From: Ylistrum balloti
Lineage: Eukaryota
Direction: 5' to 3'
Assembly: GCF_031769215.1 (NCBI RefSeq)
Contig: NW_026781960.1
Location: forward strand, 620,001 to 684,000
DNA length: 64,000 bases
Shown here piece by piece: positions 26,200 through 40,039 of the stretch. The notes under the pieces were generated by a model. That model searched no databases. It saw nothing but the letters and a program-made list of their open reading frames with translations, and was not told the DNA's origin. Every line of letters starts with the position of its first letter. The stretch's first letter is position 1. A program made the translations under genes and the position numbers.

Positions 26200-26960
26200 A
26201 AAATATGTGAAATCTGCCTTAGATTGGTGTCTTTTTGTTGTTCTTAACAAAGAGATGCTATTACAAAGTCATTATTATTGTGGATGTCTGAAAACAATGT
26301 ATCAGAAACTAGAAATCTTCCAAAATACAAACATTCGATGTGAAGTGTCCGGTAAAGTTTGTCATTGGTCGCCATATTTGAATGTAAATGCTGTTGGAGC
26401 CTGTTCTTCAAAGCGGACCAAAACTGTGTCACATGCATGTCGTAACGGCCGGATAAAAGAAAGCGGTTTTGGTGTCTCTATAACGACTAAGTCTCCTTAA
26501 CAGTTTAACTGTCACATACTATGTGTTTATATATAAATCTGTTAATTTAGTCCCAGTAAGTTCAAGCTTCTTTCTATTACGATATCAGGTCTTGTCAATG
26601 GCTGGTGGTTTTACCATCTTTTGTATCATATAACTATATCTGTAGCCTGTGTGTAAATTTCAAGATATTATCTCATCGATTTTTCTCTTTGATGTAACGT
26701 CCTACATTTCCTGTCTTCAGCGGTCACGTTAATTAGTCTGATAGATATTTTTGTAGCGTTTGTTGGTTTAACATATCAAGTTTTGTGTTTGACCAGTGTG
26801 TGAATATGATATATGTTACCGGCAGCTGCACTTTCTTATTAGAAGTTATATAAAATCCAAGTAAAATTTTGCCAATCAATGTATCCATCTCCGTGTAAAT
26901 AGTCTTTCTCGTTCATGTTTTTCACGGGTGGAGTTATGATGAAGCCTTCAAACAAAAACG
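26200..26960 (-). pseudogene. Decayed thioesterase-like paralog (tentative)
   Basis: Broken frames give IRLINVTAEDRK, ETPKPLSFIRPLRH, NSIYIQ..HFTSNVC and CLYFGRFLVSDTL. These occur in the same order as KVVSVDSESRR, PPPDAFRTLTRSRPSD, AVFYR..YKEDMC and TFLGEAPSSVNL in the intact gene. Many stops. Confidence 0.4.
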
Positions 26961-27399
26961 TGACAATTGCAATTTTTGTTTTTGGTTTTGTTGGGTTTTT
27001 TGGGGGAGAGGGGGCGTGATGTATGAATTTTCAATTGAAGTATTTCTGACAATGTTAAAAATGAAAATGTCCGTCTATATGAAATAATTTATCACAAGTA
27101 ACTGATCAAGATGAACTGTAGTGTGCAATACATGACATTATCGACCGCATAGTCTGCAATGTGACGGCATGTCAACACCAAAACAACCGTTAAACAGCTA
27201 CATGATTGAAATGGGGAAAATATTCATGTTTCAAATCTCGTTTTTGGGATGGTAATTCATAAAACGTTAGCGTGAGTTACAAAATAATTATATCATTTGG
27301 TCAATTGATGTTTTACCATTGGGATTTTTTCCATATAAATTCATAGTTATTAACAAAGCTAAATGCTTGGATTTAGAGATGATTGTGATTCACACCAGT

Positions 27400-27880
27400 A
27401 TATCACATAACACAGTATACATACAGGTCTACACTAGGTGAAGGGACCACTAGGTACACCGTGTTATATGTAGGAGGCTCCATATTCAAGGTCATTGTCC
27501 ATGAGTCATAACCAGTTTTATTCAAGTCTTTAAAAAAATCGTGTCATATGGTGTCTAGCTTCGGTCATTGTGAACAAGGGGGCACTTATTCAGACGTAAT
27601 GAGTTTTATTCAAATATTTGTTATTAGAACATTTAACTTAAAAAGTTTGTATAGCGTACAGGAAATTGTGTATTGTGTGAAATGTCCTTAAATAAAGTGA
27701 CGGCATAGATATATGCAATAGATACTGAAGGAGTTCTTATTACTGACCCAATCTTCAATATTGTGAAATAACATTTAAATAAACAGTATATCATGTACTT
27801 ATATAGCCAAACTCTTCGTACGACATTCATGTAAGTGTATTGTATGAGATGTCCTTAATTGGATCGAACGCATAGATATA
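27400..27880 (+). repeat. Dispersed ~400-bp repeat, copy 2
   Basis: Aligns with 8540-8900. Also carries a partial internal duplication (gcatagatatatgca at about 27703 and 27870). Confidence 0.7.
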
Positions 27881-27944
27881 TGCAGTAGATGACAGAAGAG
27901 ACCTTACCAAAAATAGAAAATGAGGCCAACCCACAAAACGAAAC

Positions 27945-28115
27945 AAAAAAAGACATTAAAACAGAAAAAAGACATTAAAACAAAAAAAAAGACATTAAAA
28001 CAGAAAAAAAACAATAAAACAGGAAAAAAGACATTAAAACAGAAAAAGACATTTTAACAGAAAAAAGAAATTAAAACAAAAAAAGACATTAAAACAGACA
28101 AAAAGACAACAAAAA
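27945..28115. repeat. ~18-19-bp A-rich tandem repeat
   Basis: aaaaaagacattaaaaca(g) repeated about 8 times. Confidence 0.85.
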
Positions 28116-29319
28116 ACCCTATCATGAATAAATTATAGAACATGTCTTTAATTTCTTCTATTTTATTATGGAGACATGTGAATTTAAGAATCCTTTTCAT
28201 ACATAATAATACTACTGTAATGTTATTGGTTTTTCTCTCTGGTTTGGAGGCCAGAACAGATTTGAAAAAAATAATAGATATCGTGAACAGAAGATTTATG
28301 AACAAAAATGTGGTTTGTTTCATAATTTCCGCAAAAATATGTCTTTTTGCTTCAAACTTCGGTTTGCATCTGGTGGAACAACAAAAACAAAACACACAAA
28401 AAACAAAAACATAAAATAAAACCTCGAAAAACAAAGAAAAAATATATGTGCCGGCACAACTGAGACAAATGATGAAACTGCGGAGATATTCCTAGCTGAA
28501 AAGATAGCAAAAAGTTCTTATCAAATTAATTATCTATTTCTCTAATTATAATTACTCCAAAAAGATCATGCGGTAAAGTGAATTTAAAACAAAGGAATGC
28601 GTGGAATGTTTGGATGTTATCACTTTGTAAAATATATGATCCTGCCGCGATATCGGAACATTGCGAAATACTTCAATGTAATTTGCATACATACAAGGAT
28701 GGGTTTATAGCAAGGACGATATGCCATGCAGTTTATCAAAAGCCTATCCCACTTAAAGCTTTGTGTCATCTGATATATTCAGCTGTTGGTGTGAACAACA
28801 TGGAACTTTAATTTGCTTTAAAGAAAACAAGAAGTATGTAGATGGAAAATGACTCACTTCTTCTCAAGTCGTATTTAATACATTTACATATCATGTTGCA
28901 GAATTTCTGTCAACACCTTTATATAGATAAACTGTTAATAACAAAAGAGCTTAATGTTTAATTTGAAAAGGAATGCGATTGTATATATTATATTTTCACA
29001 ATTAGAAATGGAGTTTTGCCTTTTTACCTATCGGCATTTCAGTTTTTATTTTATTTATTTTCCAAAACTTTTCTACTTGAACATATTTAACTGTCGTTAA
29101 AAAAAGCAGAAAAAAATAAAAAGATTTCATTTCAAACCAAAAATGCTTCTAAAATATATAACCGAACATTTTAATCTGAGACCCTTGATGAAGTATGTAA
29201 ATGAAAATAAGATTCGGAATTTCGGAAGGATAAGCGTCTTCTGCTTCATTGACGAAGCCCACCATTTCGATCAAGATCAAGTGTGGTAATGCGTTAACAT
29301 GAATAAATGTAGTATGTAA

Positions 29320-30090
29320 TTATATTAAGATAAAATCTTCCTATGCCGAAAATGAGAGAGATGATCCTGTATGGTTTTAGATTAGATCTTCTTATGCCCA
29401 ATATAAGTTAAATAATCCCCTATGTTTTAAGATAACATCTTACTACGTACAATATAAGTTCGATAATCCTATATAGGTTTATGATAAGATCTTCCTATGC
29501 TCAATATAAGTTAGATAACCCGTATGGCTTAAGATAAGATCTTCCTATGCTCAATATAAGTTAGATAACCAGTATGGTTTAAGATAAGATTTTCATATGC
29601 TCAACATAAATTAGATAATCCCGTATAGTTTAAGATAAGATTTTCATATGCTCAACATAAATTAGATAATCCCGTATAGTTTAAGATAAGATCTTCCTCT
29701 GCTCAATATAAGTTAGATAACCCGTATGCTTTAAGATAAGATCTTCTTCTGCTCAATATAAGTTAGATAACCAGTATGGTTTAAGATAAGATTTTCATAT
29801 GCTCAACATAAATTAGATAATCCCGTATGGTTTAAGATAAGATCGTACTATGCTCAATATAAGTTAGATAATCCCGTATAGGTTTAAGATAAGAACTTCT
29901 CATGCCCAATATAAGTTAGATAACCCGTATGGTTTAAGATAAGATTTTCATATGCCCAACATAAATTAGATAATCCCGTATGGTTTAAGATAAGATCGTA
30001 CTATGCTCAATATAAGTTAGATAATCCCGTATAGGTTTAAGATAAGATCTTCCCATGCTCAATATAAGTTAGATAACCCGTATGGTTTAG
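29320..30090. repeat. 50-51-bp minisatellite, about 15 copies
   Basis: Unit ttaagataagatcttcctatgctcaatataagttagataacccgtatggt; period 50 seen between 29481 and 29531. Confidence 0.95.
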
Positions 30091-32521
30091 TATTCATTTT
30101 AATCTGAAGCTTTTTTTCTTTTAATTTTTTTCAGGTTTAATATAAAATAATACAATATGGTAGAGAAGAAAAATAGAAACCCTATATAAATAAGCAATAA
30201 CATTCCAGCTGGACAGCATATACATAGCTGATAGCAAGGTTTCACATTAACAATGATATATGAATAGATTAAAAGAGGAAGGAAGGAAGTTAGATGTAAA
30301 ATTCAACAACATGAAATTCTATGTCTTATAAGTTTATAATTTTGTTCACGTAGTGTCTCGTTCGCAAAGGTTGTAAGATCTAATGTAATATTATAAGGTA
30401 ATGAATGCAAATACCAGTTAGTTTCATTATTTAACTGCATTAGCATAGTGGAGGTAGTTGATGGAACTGTACTCCACTTGCAGTCGAGGATGATAAATGT
30501 ATTCTTAATGGTTCCAAAATTGTAATTTTTGAGAATTTTTCAACTTTTTATCTGCTTATAAAACATCTGATATCAGATGAAAGTTTTATTTGAAGTTGGT
30601 GAAAGTAAAAATGACTGGCAGTTTTGCTTTAAATAAATGTGTGGTCTCAGTTCCTAGTTTCAAATATGTCTCTTCAAGACAATGTAAGAAGTTCGAAAAA
30701 AGTATGCAAACGTTTATTGACAGAATATTTCATGAAATTGAATCACTTTCTAACTTTGTCAATGATCAAAGACGATAGCGGGGTGACCTCGATACTTGCT
30801 TTCTTTCACCAGTTTCAAATCGAGTGGCTCCAATTATCTGATATCCGATTTTCCCATGATTCTTTCGGTAGACTTACGTGATTTTCAGTCCAGACATGGC
30901 GTGTGTACTTGATTGAACTAATGTCTTTTGGTCAGAGCTAAAATTAGTATAATTACACGAATTTGAGATTCAAATATTAATAGTGTCAGTTACTTGTACA
31001 CCCTGGGACCTTGTTTGTGACTAAGGCTAGACATTTGATATACAGACACATTCTCTATTCACACACGAATATACGTGAAACTAATATAGGTATTTAACAC
31101 TGGAATGTCAGTATGCTCTGTTCTTATGCAATAAGGTCTTTTAATGTATACATTCATAACTGAGAACAACTAACCCTAACCCAGGCTGTTCATGATTTAA
31201 ATCACAATAGCATGAAAACAATAAAGTTAATTTGCTTTATTTTTCAATTCTTATAGAAATTTAATGTATTTTGAATTCAATGTCAATGGAATTTATATGT
31301 ACATATATTCAGATTTGTGGTTTTTATACTGTTTGATATGATTTTCTTCATGTAAACTAATTTAGACCGACAACACTGGTGTATAGAAACAGTAAGGTAG
31401 CTACAGTAACAATGGGTATTAAACCGAAGGTCTCTTGGCAGGGTTATCAACAATATAAATGTGTTTTTATAACTCACATGACAGGAAATCAACACGCCAA
31501 CGCGCAAGCTGAATTTGGTTAAGTGTTAACACAACGCTCATTGAAATTATCGATTTATGACATTTAATTGTTTACACAGTGTACATTTAAATGCTTGTTT
31601 TGTTTACCAAACAGTATTGGTTAAATGCACAGACGACAGCAATTTGTTTACAAAGTAAGATGAAGAAATATTCACAGCATAATATATATATATATATACC
31701 AATGGCATTTTTTCGCAAGAGGTGTGAATTATTGACCAAGAACTAAAAAAATAAATATTGTGATACCTTGTGATTTTGTTATTATTTAAATTATTCGTTG
31801 TAATGTGATTTCAACAAAACCAAGATTATCAAAACGCGATATCTTTGAAATGCGTGGCAACATCCTGTCTAGTTATACAATGGATACGTTTTAACAAACA
31901 CGTTCTTGACTAGTAACGCACACATTAATAATAACGTACCTTCACATAATTCTACAGATGGAACTGATGAACATCATGGCTTATATTGGGAAGCAAAATG
32001 TTTCACAAATAAAGGGTAGCATCTCTTTGCCTAGCATAACACTACTGTATGTAATGACCATTAACCCGGGAAGTGGCGTTGTGATGTTATATTAATATAT
32101 TATATAACAAAAAAAATGCTAGATCCCAATTTTTTATTTACCATTTTTTAACTTTCTTTCATGTTTTGTTTTCTTCTGATGTCATTAACACAGTGTATCA
32201 CGGAGTATATAACGTAATAAGTACTTTGATACAACTAACTGGAACACTTGGGAACTCATATAATTGTGTATTGTCTGAATTATATTCTTGTCCCACTTAC
32301 ATTCAAGTCCGATACTACTACTAAACTTGTCTTACCTTTGTGTTGTGTTTATTTTGTTTTTGTCTTGTCTTTTTCTTTTCTTTGTTGTTTTTTTAATGCT
32401 TATGGTATTAGGGCAATGAAACTAACCATGTAACATCGTGATATTAGACATATCTTAAAGTGAGAAAAAATAATTAAATTTGATATTGTTTGTTTAATAA
32501 TTTTGTAACAAGATGAAAATG

Positions 32522-34426
32522 CTAGATCATTGGAGCCATTGTTGTAGTGTGGTGGTGATGTGCTCCAGATACGGTATAGACGGAGGCGCCTGCACACATA
32601 TGCTCAACATGTTGACTTAAATGATTGACCTGGTCGTGGGACATAGGGTGCTTTGTTCCTTTAGATACCAAAAACATCAGTCTTGTCTGAAAAGACAAAA
32701 AAAATTATTTCTTAATCTGTACTTGATATTTAATCTTTAGGTGAAAATAAATCGATTGTTATGACAAATGGTCAATATATCTTTAAAGGATAATTCAACA
32801 CTAATTTTATTTATTGATATACCATAAATAACAGTTACAATATTTGTTAGATTATTTTAAGGATTGATTTTCGATATTGTTACTTGCATGGACTTATGAT
32901 GGGAAGTGAACCTCGTGCAATCGAAGATCTAAAAACGGCACATACATAGAAATTAATTTCTATTTGTATATCAAAAATCAAATGATCGTACTTTTTCAAC
33001 TGATTCCAATATTTATACTTATCAATATTTATCTAAATTGTTGATAACAACAGTGATCACCTCAGCTGCTAGAAGGCCTTCCTCCGTGTGCACGTTAATA
33101 CCATGGTGTGTAGAAAATTTCTCCAGATAGCAGTTGTCTGCCAGTTTCATAACCAGGTAATTCTATCAGTAAAAATGGTTGATCTTAGTTCAGTTATTAT
33201 TGGTTTTTATTTTGAAATAAATTTAATTTCAGGTAAGTATTAGCTGAAATTTAATTTTATATCACATTATAACAAAAAGAAACGATATTCTTCGAATTGA
33301 TTTCAAATTTCGCCATTAGAGATTCTTTTTTACACAAGAGCGGCATCATTTTATCATAACTAAATTTAAAACAAAAACCGAAAAACAAAAAACGGAAAAA
33401 AAAAAGAAAAAGAAAACATTAGATATCGCCATAGAAAGTTTAGGCTTGTCCATTCGTAACAAGAACTATACACATACACATAATTAGTGAATGAACACGG
33501 CCACCACAATGTTGATATTTCCATTAATTTTACTGATAAGTTAAGGAGACAGTGTACAAGGATTTTTACACGTCTGCAATATCCTAACTGGTGCTTTTAA
33601 TATGCAAATGAATCTTCCAATATGAATATATTATTGTTCGATAAAACTAGTTTTTTATTTACCAGTCCTGCCTGTCTTTACGTTCGGACTGCAGACTGCC
33701 CATATCTTAATCTAATGTTCGAGATGAGATGCGTCAGTAAAGTATACATACTATTCAAAAAGACGTTTACCTTGACTACATATAACTATTTGAAACGGTA
33801 CATACGTCCTTTCGAAAATGTTTCCTTTCTCAAGAAAATAGGGCAAAAATATTTAAACTACTTTGGAAATTTTGACATTGTGTGCTACTTTGTATGTGTT
33901 GAATTTGGAGATTTAGGGAATATTTCTAATCTTAGGTACCTTTTTAAGACTACACATTTGAAGCAATTCATGTAAATAATATAATAATAAAACTGTTATA
34001 ATGTTATATCATGATAATGACGCTATCTTAATCATAAGTATATAACATCTATTTCCATATACATCTTAGGATTTTAGGCAACAAACAATAAAAGTAAACA
34101 CTACATACGGAAGCGGCATCGTAGTAAAAAAGTGTGGGATCTAATTCGTTGGACTCATGTGCGTGGTGGTGAGGTTTGACAGTAGTAGCCGCGTATATCT
34201 GAAAAATGTAAAACAATACATAAGGTTACTCCTTCTTTGAATCTATCATAGTTTATTATAAACAAAAATGATGTAATTACATCATACATTCACTGATTGA
34301 TAAGAATAATTAAATAAGAATAATGTAAACAGCTGATCTAGATGTCAATATGGATCTAGATGTTGGATGGTTTTCATACTTCACCTGGCCAATTACGCAG
34401 ACAGCGACAAAAACAACACCCTGCAT
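32522..34426 (-). CDS. Small His-rich secreted protein, paralog 1 (132 aa, unknown family)
   Basis: Exons 34426-34385, 34198-34109, 33162-33061 and 32686-32522, all phase 0 and GT-AG. Protein MQGVVFVAVCVIGQ|IYAATTVKPHHHAHESNELDPTLFYYDAAS|NYLVMKLADNCYLEKFSTHHGINVHTEEGLLAAE|TRLMFLVSKGTKHPMSHDQVNHLSQHVEHMCAGASVYTVSGAHHHHTTTMAPMI*. Supported by two paralogs. Confidence 0.88.
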
Positions 34427-34610
34427 GTTGGAATTTCTTTAACCACAGACAAGTAGGTCGAAAATGCCGTGAAAATGAAATTCGTGCACTGGACTCAGTG
34501 TTCCCCTCTATATACTGATCATCGATAAGGCAAGAGAGGCAATGTAAAGGGAATCTACCAAAAATACAAAACCAAATCGCAAACGCAGATAAGAATTGTT
34601 CCAATAAATG

Positions 34611-35035
34611 TCTCAAATTCAACGTAGACTCATAACAACTTAAACAGAGTTCCTTCTCAAATTCAACGTAGACTCATAACAACTTAAACAGAGTTCCTTC
34701 TCAAATTCAACGTAGACTCATAACAACTTAAACAGAGTTCCTTCTCAAATTCAACGTAGACTTATAACAACTTAAACAGAGTTCCTTCTCAAATTCAACG
34801 TAGACTCATAACAACTTAAACAGAGTTCCTTCTCAAATTCAACGTAGACTCATAACAACTTAAACAGAGTTCCTTCTCAAATTCAACGTAGACTCATAAC
34901 AACTTAAACAGAGTTCCTTCTCAAATTCAACGTAGACTTATAACAACTTAAACAGAGTTCCTTCTCAAATTCAACGTAGACTTATAAAATCTAAACAGGT
35001 TTCCTTCTCACATTCAACGTAGACTTATAAAATCC
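34611..35035. repeat. 44-bp near-perfect minisatellite, about 9.5 copies
   Basis: Unit aacgtagact(c/t)ataacaacttaaacagagttccttctcaaattc. Confidence 0.95.
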
Positions 35036-35463
35036 AAGACAGAGCTCCTTCGGTTTCCTTACATTTTAGACAGACATTAAGAAATATTTCATAAGGTTTA
35101 TCATTTATCAAAGTTTGTGCTTCGATTGATCAACCTCAAATTCAAATAAAAACGTATACAGATAAATCCATCATTTAACACACAAGATATAGATCGGTGA
35201 AAACCAATTAGTTACAAATGAATGGATACCGACAAATTTTAATACTCCAGCTAACATGTCATATTCATGTACCTACACAAATCACAGAATTTCATTAACA
35301 GCTGATGTGGTTGATATTTGATGACCAGTGCAGGATTTCATCTGAGCCACCGAAAATGGCTTATAGCTTAATGCATCTTTTTTACATTGTATTATCTTAT
35401 GTAGACTTCAATACCACACATAGAAATGTCCCTCAATGAAATAGTACTGACAAGCTTATAATC

Positions 35464-36021
35464 TTGTTACGTTACGGAGTTAACGTACAGCAAATAAAGC
35501 CCAACAGCTAGGTTACAATTCAACTTAACGACAAATACATTCTATACAGTAAAATTACAAATATTGTGATGTTGTACAGAGCTAACTACTAATTAATCAA
35601 ATGTCAGAACTTATCTTTCGGTGGAAATCATCCAAATGCAGAGGAATTCACAATAGATTGTCCAGAAAACAGGGTAACCGAAGAATAATCCAACAATTGT
35701 TTCCTCGCTGGGTATATATAAGTGCAAGTCCACAAGGCGCTATCACTAAATCACTGTAAAAGTCCTTACTTCACAGACTGAAGTCTCAAAGTAAGCCCAC
35801 TCAAGGCGTTAATACTTCAAAAAGGCTGCTCATGCTCAGTCCCATCAGGTTTATATACACTAAAGGTTTCTAGAAAGGAACTTTCTAGATGATTCTTGAC
35901 TACCAGGTACCTAGCTTGTTTACCTGTGGCTATAAAAACTTCCGGAAACACCCAGGTAATTCTAATAACCGAGTTTTCTAGAAAACAAACTGCCTAGCAC
36001 TATCCACACATTTTGTGACAA
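35464..36021 (-). mobile_element. Probable solo LTR (~560 bp)
   Basis: Termini (T)TGTTAC...GTGACA(A). Identical ATAATC on both flanks (35458-35463 and 36022-36027). Composition differs from the flanks. Confidence 0.55.
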
Positions 36022-38090
36022 ATAATCATAAACAAGTGGTTTTTTATGTAAACAATCAATATGATACAATGCATGTAAACACAGCACATCTGAATTTGGA
36101 TGAATAAACAACATTTATACATAACAATCTACTTAACCTAAATCTATATCGTAAGATTCTGGGTAGAAATCGGCATGTGATATGGACATTCTGGTAACCT
36201 CCATTGCATTTTGGTTCGTTTGGGATCGGCACAAAACATCTTGGTTTATATTGTTTGAATTCGTTCCTTAACAACTGTTGATAAAATGGAAAACAAAGTA
36301 TATGCTATGTGTCCGAAACATTGGTCACCATAAACATATGAAAGAATTTGGGATTCTGTCTCCGTCGGCAATGGAGAATCGTGGCTGATAGAAGGTGACA
36401 ATCTCCTTCAAAAACATAGCAACTGTTTCATGCAATGATATATATGTGTACATCAAAAATTTTTGGACTTTGGACTGAATTGCACAGGAAACCAACAGAA
36501 CGAATACAGCATTGGTGTAATGTGTTCTCACTTTGTGCATGACTACCCAGATATGATGCAGTATTCTGTTTAAGGTAAACTAATTAGTATATCATATCTA
36601 CTTAAGAACAATGTATTGTCCCACTCCCAAAGAGAAGGAACAAGTGAACGTACTACATCCAGCTTTGCATAAATCTGTGTTGAGGAATTGTCTGGTAGTT
36701 TCATGTTTCGCAAAAGGGGTTTACCGGCTCTATAAGATTTTTTTATGCGAATTAATCCATTTAAAACGAAATAATTGATAACTCATTCGTTTGATCACCG
36801 ACATTACACTGGAAATCTTAATGGCAAACGACCCGTTCTTTCTTAAATAAGCTTAATCATATAATTGAAGTCTATCGACTTAAATAGCCTCTCATTCAAA
36901 ACCACCAATGATTGGGGTTTTTATCATTTTTAAAGGATATTCCATTGTGATATTATCTGAGATGAGTTCGATGCTTGTTAATATACCCTGTTGTTATTCA
37001 CCAGGGTAAAACTTTGAGAAAATTATTATGTCACGGCAGATACTGATGACCTTATCACTTCCCATGTAATTCTTGCTTTCAATGGTATTTTCCCCTCGGT
37101 TTATCGAGTCAGGATTCTGCAGACATATTGGTGTTTTCTTGTTAAGGTAAATAAGCCTCATTTTCGGATGGTTGTTTTGTAAATAATTAGAAAAAAACTA
37201 TCTGCACATGAAGGATATGAATGATACTTGATATGTACAACTATCTAATTACCGACATTGTTTTAAGCTTTCTGTTTATATAGATATCTTCGTAAGAAAA
37301 CCATACTATTAATTAAAACAAACCTACCTTTACATTCTCCTATATAGATATATATTTTTCATTTATCACGTGTACCGGTTATATTCCAGATTCCCTCCTA
37401 ACTGGTAATTCCATCCTGATTTACATTCTTTGAGAATTCTGCCTTTTGGACCTGTTGAATAAAGTCATGTATAGACAAATCTTGTTTTAAGTAGATTTCT
37501 TATTCAATGAAAACATTAAATGGAACGAAAGAAAATGTTGATTTTTACTGCAGCCAAACGATTAGCTATATTCTTTTCTGAAGTTGTTTTGAAAGTTTTG
37601 TTTTGTGATTCCTAAACATCGTATTGTTGTTTTCATTTTCCAAAAACAGCGATAGCACAGTGAACGTCGATATATTGAAATCATTATGTTATGATCATTA
37701 ACATGATTTATTACTTTGAAAAATCTATTCTTTAAGCTGAAAACTATAAAATATGTTCTATCTATTGTTTTAAACTGCGTGAATAACTGATAGTATCACA
37801 TTAACAGAATTTATCATCGATTCATCTCTTTCTAATTTGCCATTAAAATACAGTTAAAATATGACAAAATTAAACAGACTTGACCATATATTTGTTTCTA
37901 GTGAATTGTTTGGCATGTATTTCACCCGTCTACTGTTTTCTTTATTTACTTATACTGTTTTTACGCTGAGTAATACTCTTTCAACAGTCTTAGCATTTTT
38001 AAAAAATTATTTTATTTTTTAAATTGCCGCTTCCTCCCAACCATAGAATAACATCAAACGACACTTCGGAATGATGCGGTATTATTTTAT

Positions 38091-39269
38091 TTAAACAATT
38101 GGAGACATTGTTGTAGTATGATGGTGATGAGCAATCGAAACCTTGTATACATCTAGACCTGCGCACATGTGTTCCACGTGCACACTTGACGCTAATACAT
38201 CACCATGGCTCATCAATGTATGGTTGCCTTTGGCTACGAGAAACATCAAATTATTCTGAAAGAGAAATATAATGTTTTGGTTAGTTGTATAGTTAAATCC
38301 CGATACAAATGTATGTGATCGTTTTACGTGTAAATGACAAAAATGTACTTGCCTCGAGTTGCATAAGACCGTCCGTTGTGTGCACCAGGGGCCTTTGGAT
38401 ATTTCTCAGCTTCTCAACATAGCAATGATTTCCGCGTTTCATAACCATTTGATGCTGTGGAGATATTAATGTATATATTTAAACATATTTCAACGTCATT
38501 GAGAATAAATGTTATCTTAAGACTTCATTTCAAATGATGGAATTCAGTGGTCATAATTCGAAATATGTCCTCCACTTCGTTCAATAGCTCAGAAAAAAAT
38601 GTTGTATATACCCAAGTTTATCTTTTATATCAAAGAATGCCGGTGAAAACTACTCCGTGGTATGATTATATTTTAAATTGTCTTATCATCAAACGACCGT
38701 TTATACAGCTGTCTATCCGCTAAATAACAACAGGCTTCACAAATTTCTGAAAGTATACTCATAAGCGAAGAGTAGTACATACAATATGATTTCCATTCAT
38801 GTTGATAACTGATTGAAAAAAAACACCACAATCAAGTGTACTTACCGAAAGGGCGTCATAGTAGAAGAGAGCCTGATCAAACTCGTTTGATTCGTGGACA
38901 TGAGGACGATGAGAAGGAGGTATAGTAGTCATACTGTAAATCTTGAGGGAAAAGAAAATATCAAGGAGTTTCACACAGAAATTGCTACCGCTCAGAAATT
39001 GCTAACGTTCAACACAGAAATTACACTTATACATAACAAATATATATTATTGTAGTGTTAATATTCAAATCGCGTCAGTTTCTTAACTCAATTATGGATA
39101 CAATAAACATACTTTTTTATCATGGAAGCAAACAGACAAAGTAACTAAAAATCTTACACCTTCCTAATAGAATTGTAGTAAGGATTTCAAGAAATGTCTT
39201 CCATCGCAACAAACAACGGTTACGTACCTGCCCAATAACGCAAACGATGACAAACAATGAAAAGTGCAT
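38091..39269 (-). CDS. Small His-rich secreted protein, paralog 2 (134 aa)
   Basis: Exons 39269-39228, 38941-38846, 38454-38353 (GC donor) and 38255-38091. Protein MHFSLFVIVCVIGQ|IYSMTTIPPSHRPHVHESNEFDQALFYYDALS|HQMVMKRGNHCYVEKLRNIQRPLVHTTDGLMQLE|NNLMFLVAKGNHTLMSHGDVLASSVHVEHMCAGLDVYKVSIAHHHHTTTMSPIV*. TATATAA at 39334-39340; AATAAA at the stop. Confidence 0.88.
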
Positions 39270-40039
39270 CTTGTTTAGGTACTGTTATACTGAGGTCTTC
39301 TCTCGACGAAAATGAACTAACACTATCTACACATTATATACTACTGGACACGGAGGTTCTTAAGGGGCGTCCTACATACTCCAGCATATTTGCAATATCC
39401 GGAAAATGTGCAGGTTTTTTACTTTAGTTTTATACATTTTTAAACCCAATATTACATTATGCTTTATACTATGAAGTTGAAAATGTATATATCAAACATT
39501 AGTCATTATTTAATAATCCAAGTATCCTTTCTTTTATTTATGGATACAAGAGTTTATAATCAGACGTATAGGTTTCATTGGCGATTCAAACATCCGTCTA
39601 AATTCGTTCGATTTTATGAACATATTCACATATCTTTGAATTATGCAATTCACAACATATGTCGATTCCCTTCCCGCTCGGAAACAGAGATCGTGACAAG
39701 TTTGTACTCTGTCACGTAGCCAAGCTGTTTGTTCCTACGAGTTCATGGGTCTAAAATTATGCCTATGTTGGGTCATGAGAGAACTATTTAATCTTAACTT
39801 CGTCGTTCTAACGGCAGTTTTCCCATTTTGGTTAAAATATGTCGATTTTGTTAGTTTCGTATTAAATGTGATATATATTTAGAAATGAGTGACATTTGAT
39901 TGGGAACGGATCATAAGAAATGTCACTTATAGTCGCAAAAGGTTTAGTTAACAGCAAGTGTTTAAAACAAACCGAAAGCATAACTGAAGACGTAAGTCCT
40001 TTCATTTATAAATGAATGTATATATCAACTCCGTAACAA

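Noticed and set aside
31170-31185. TAACCCTAACCC interstitial telomeric seed
   Set aside because: Only two units, which is expected by chance.
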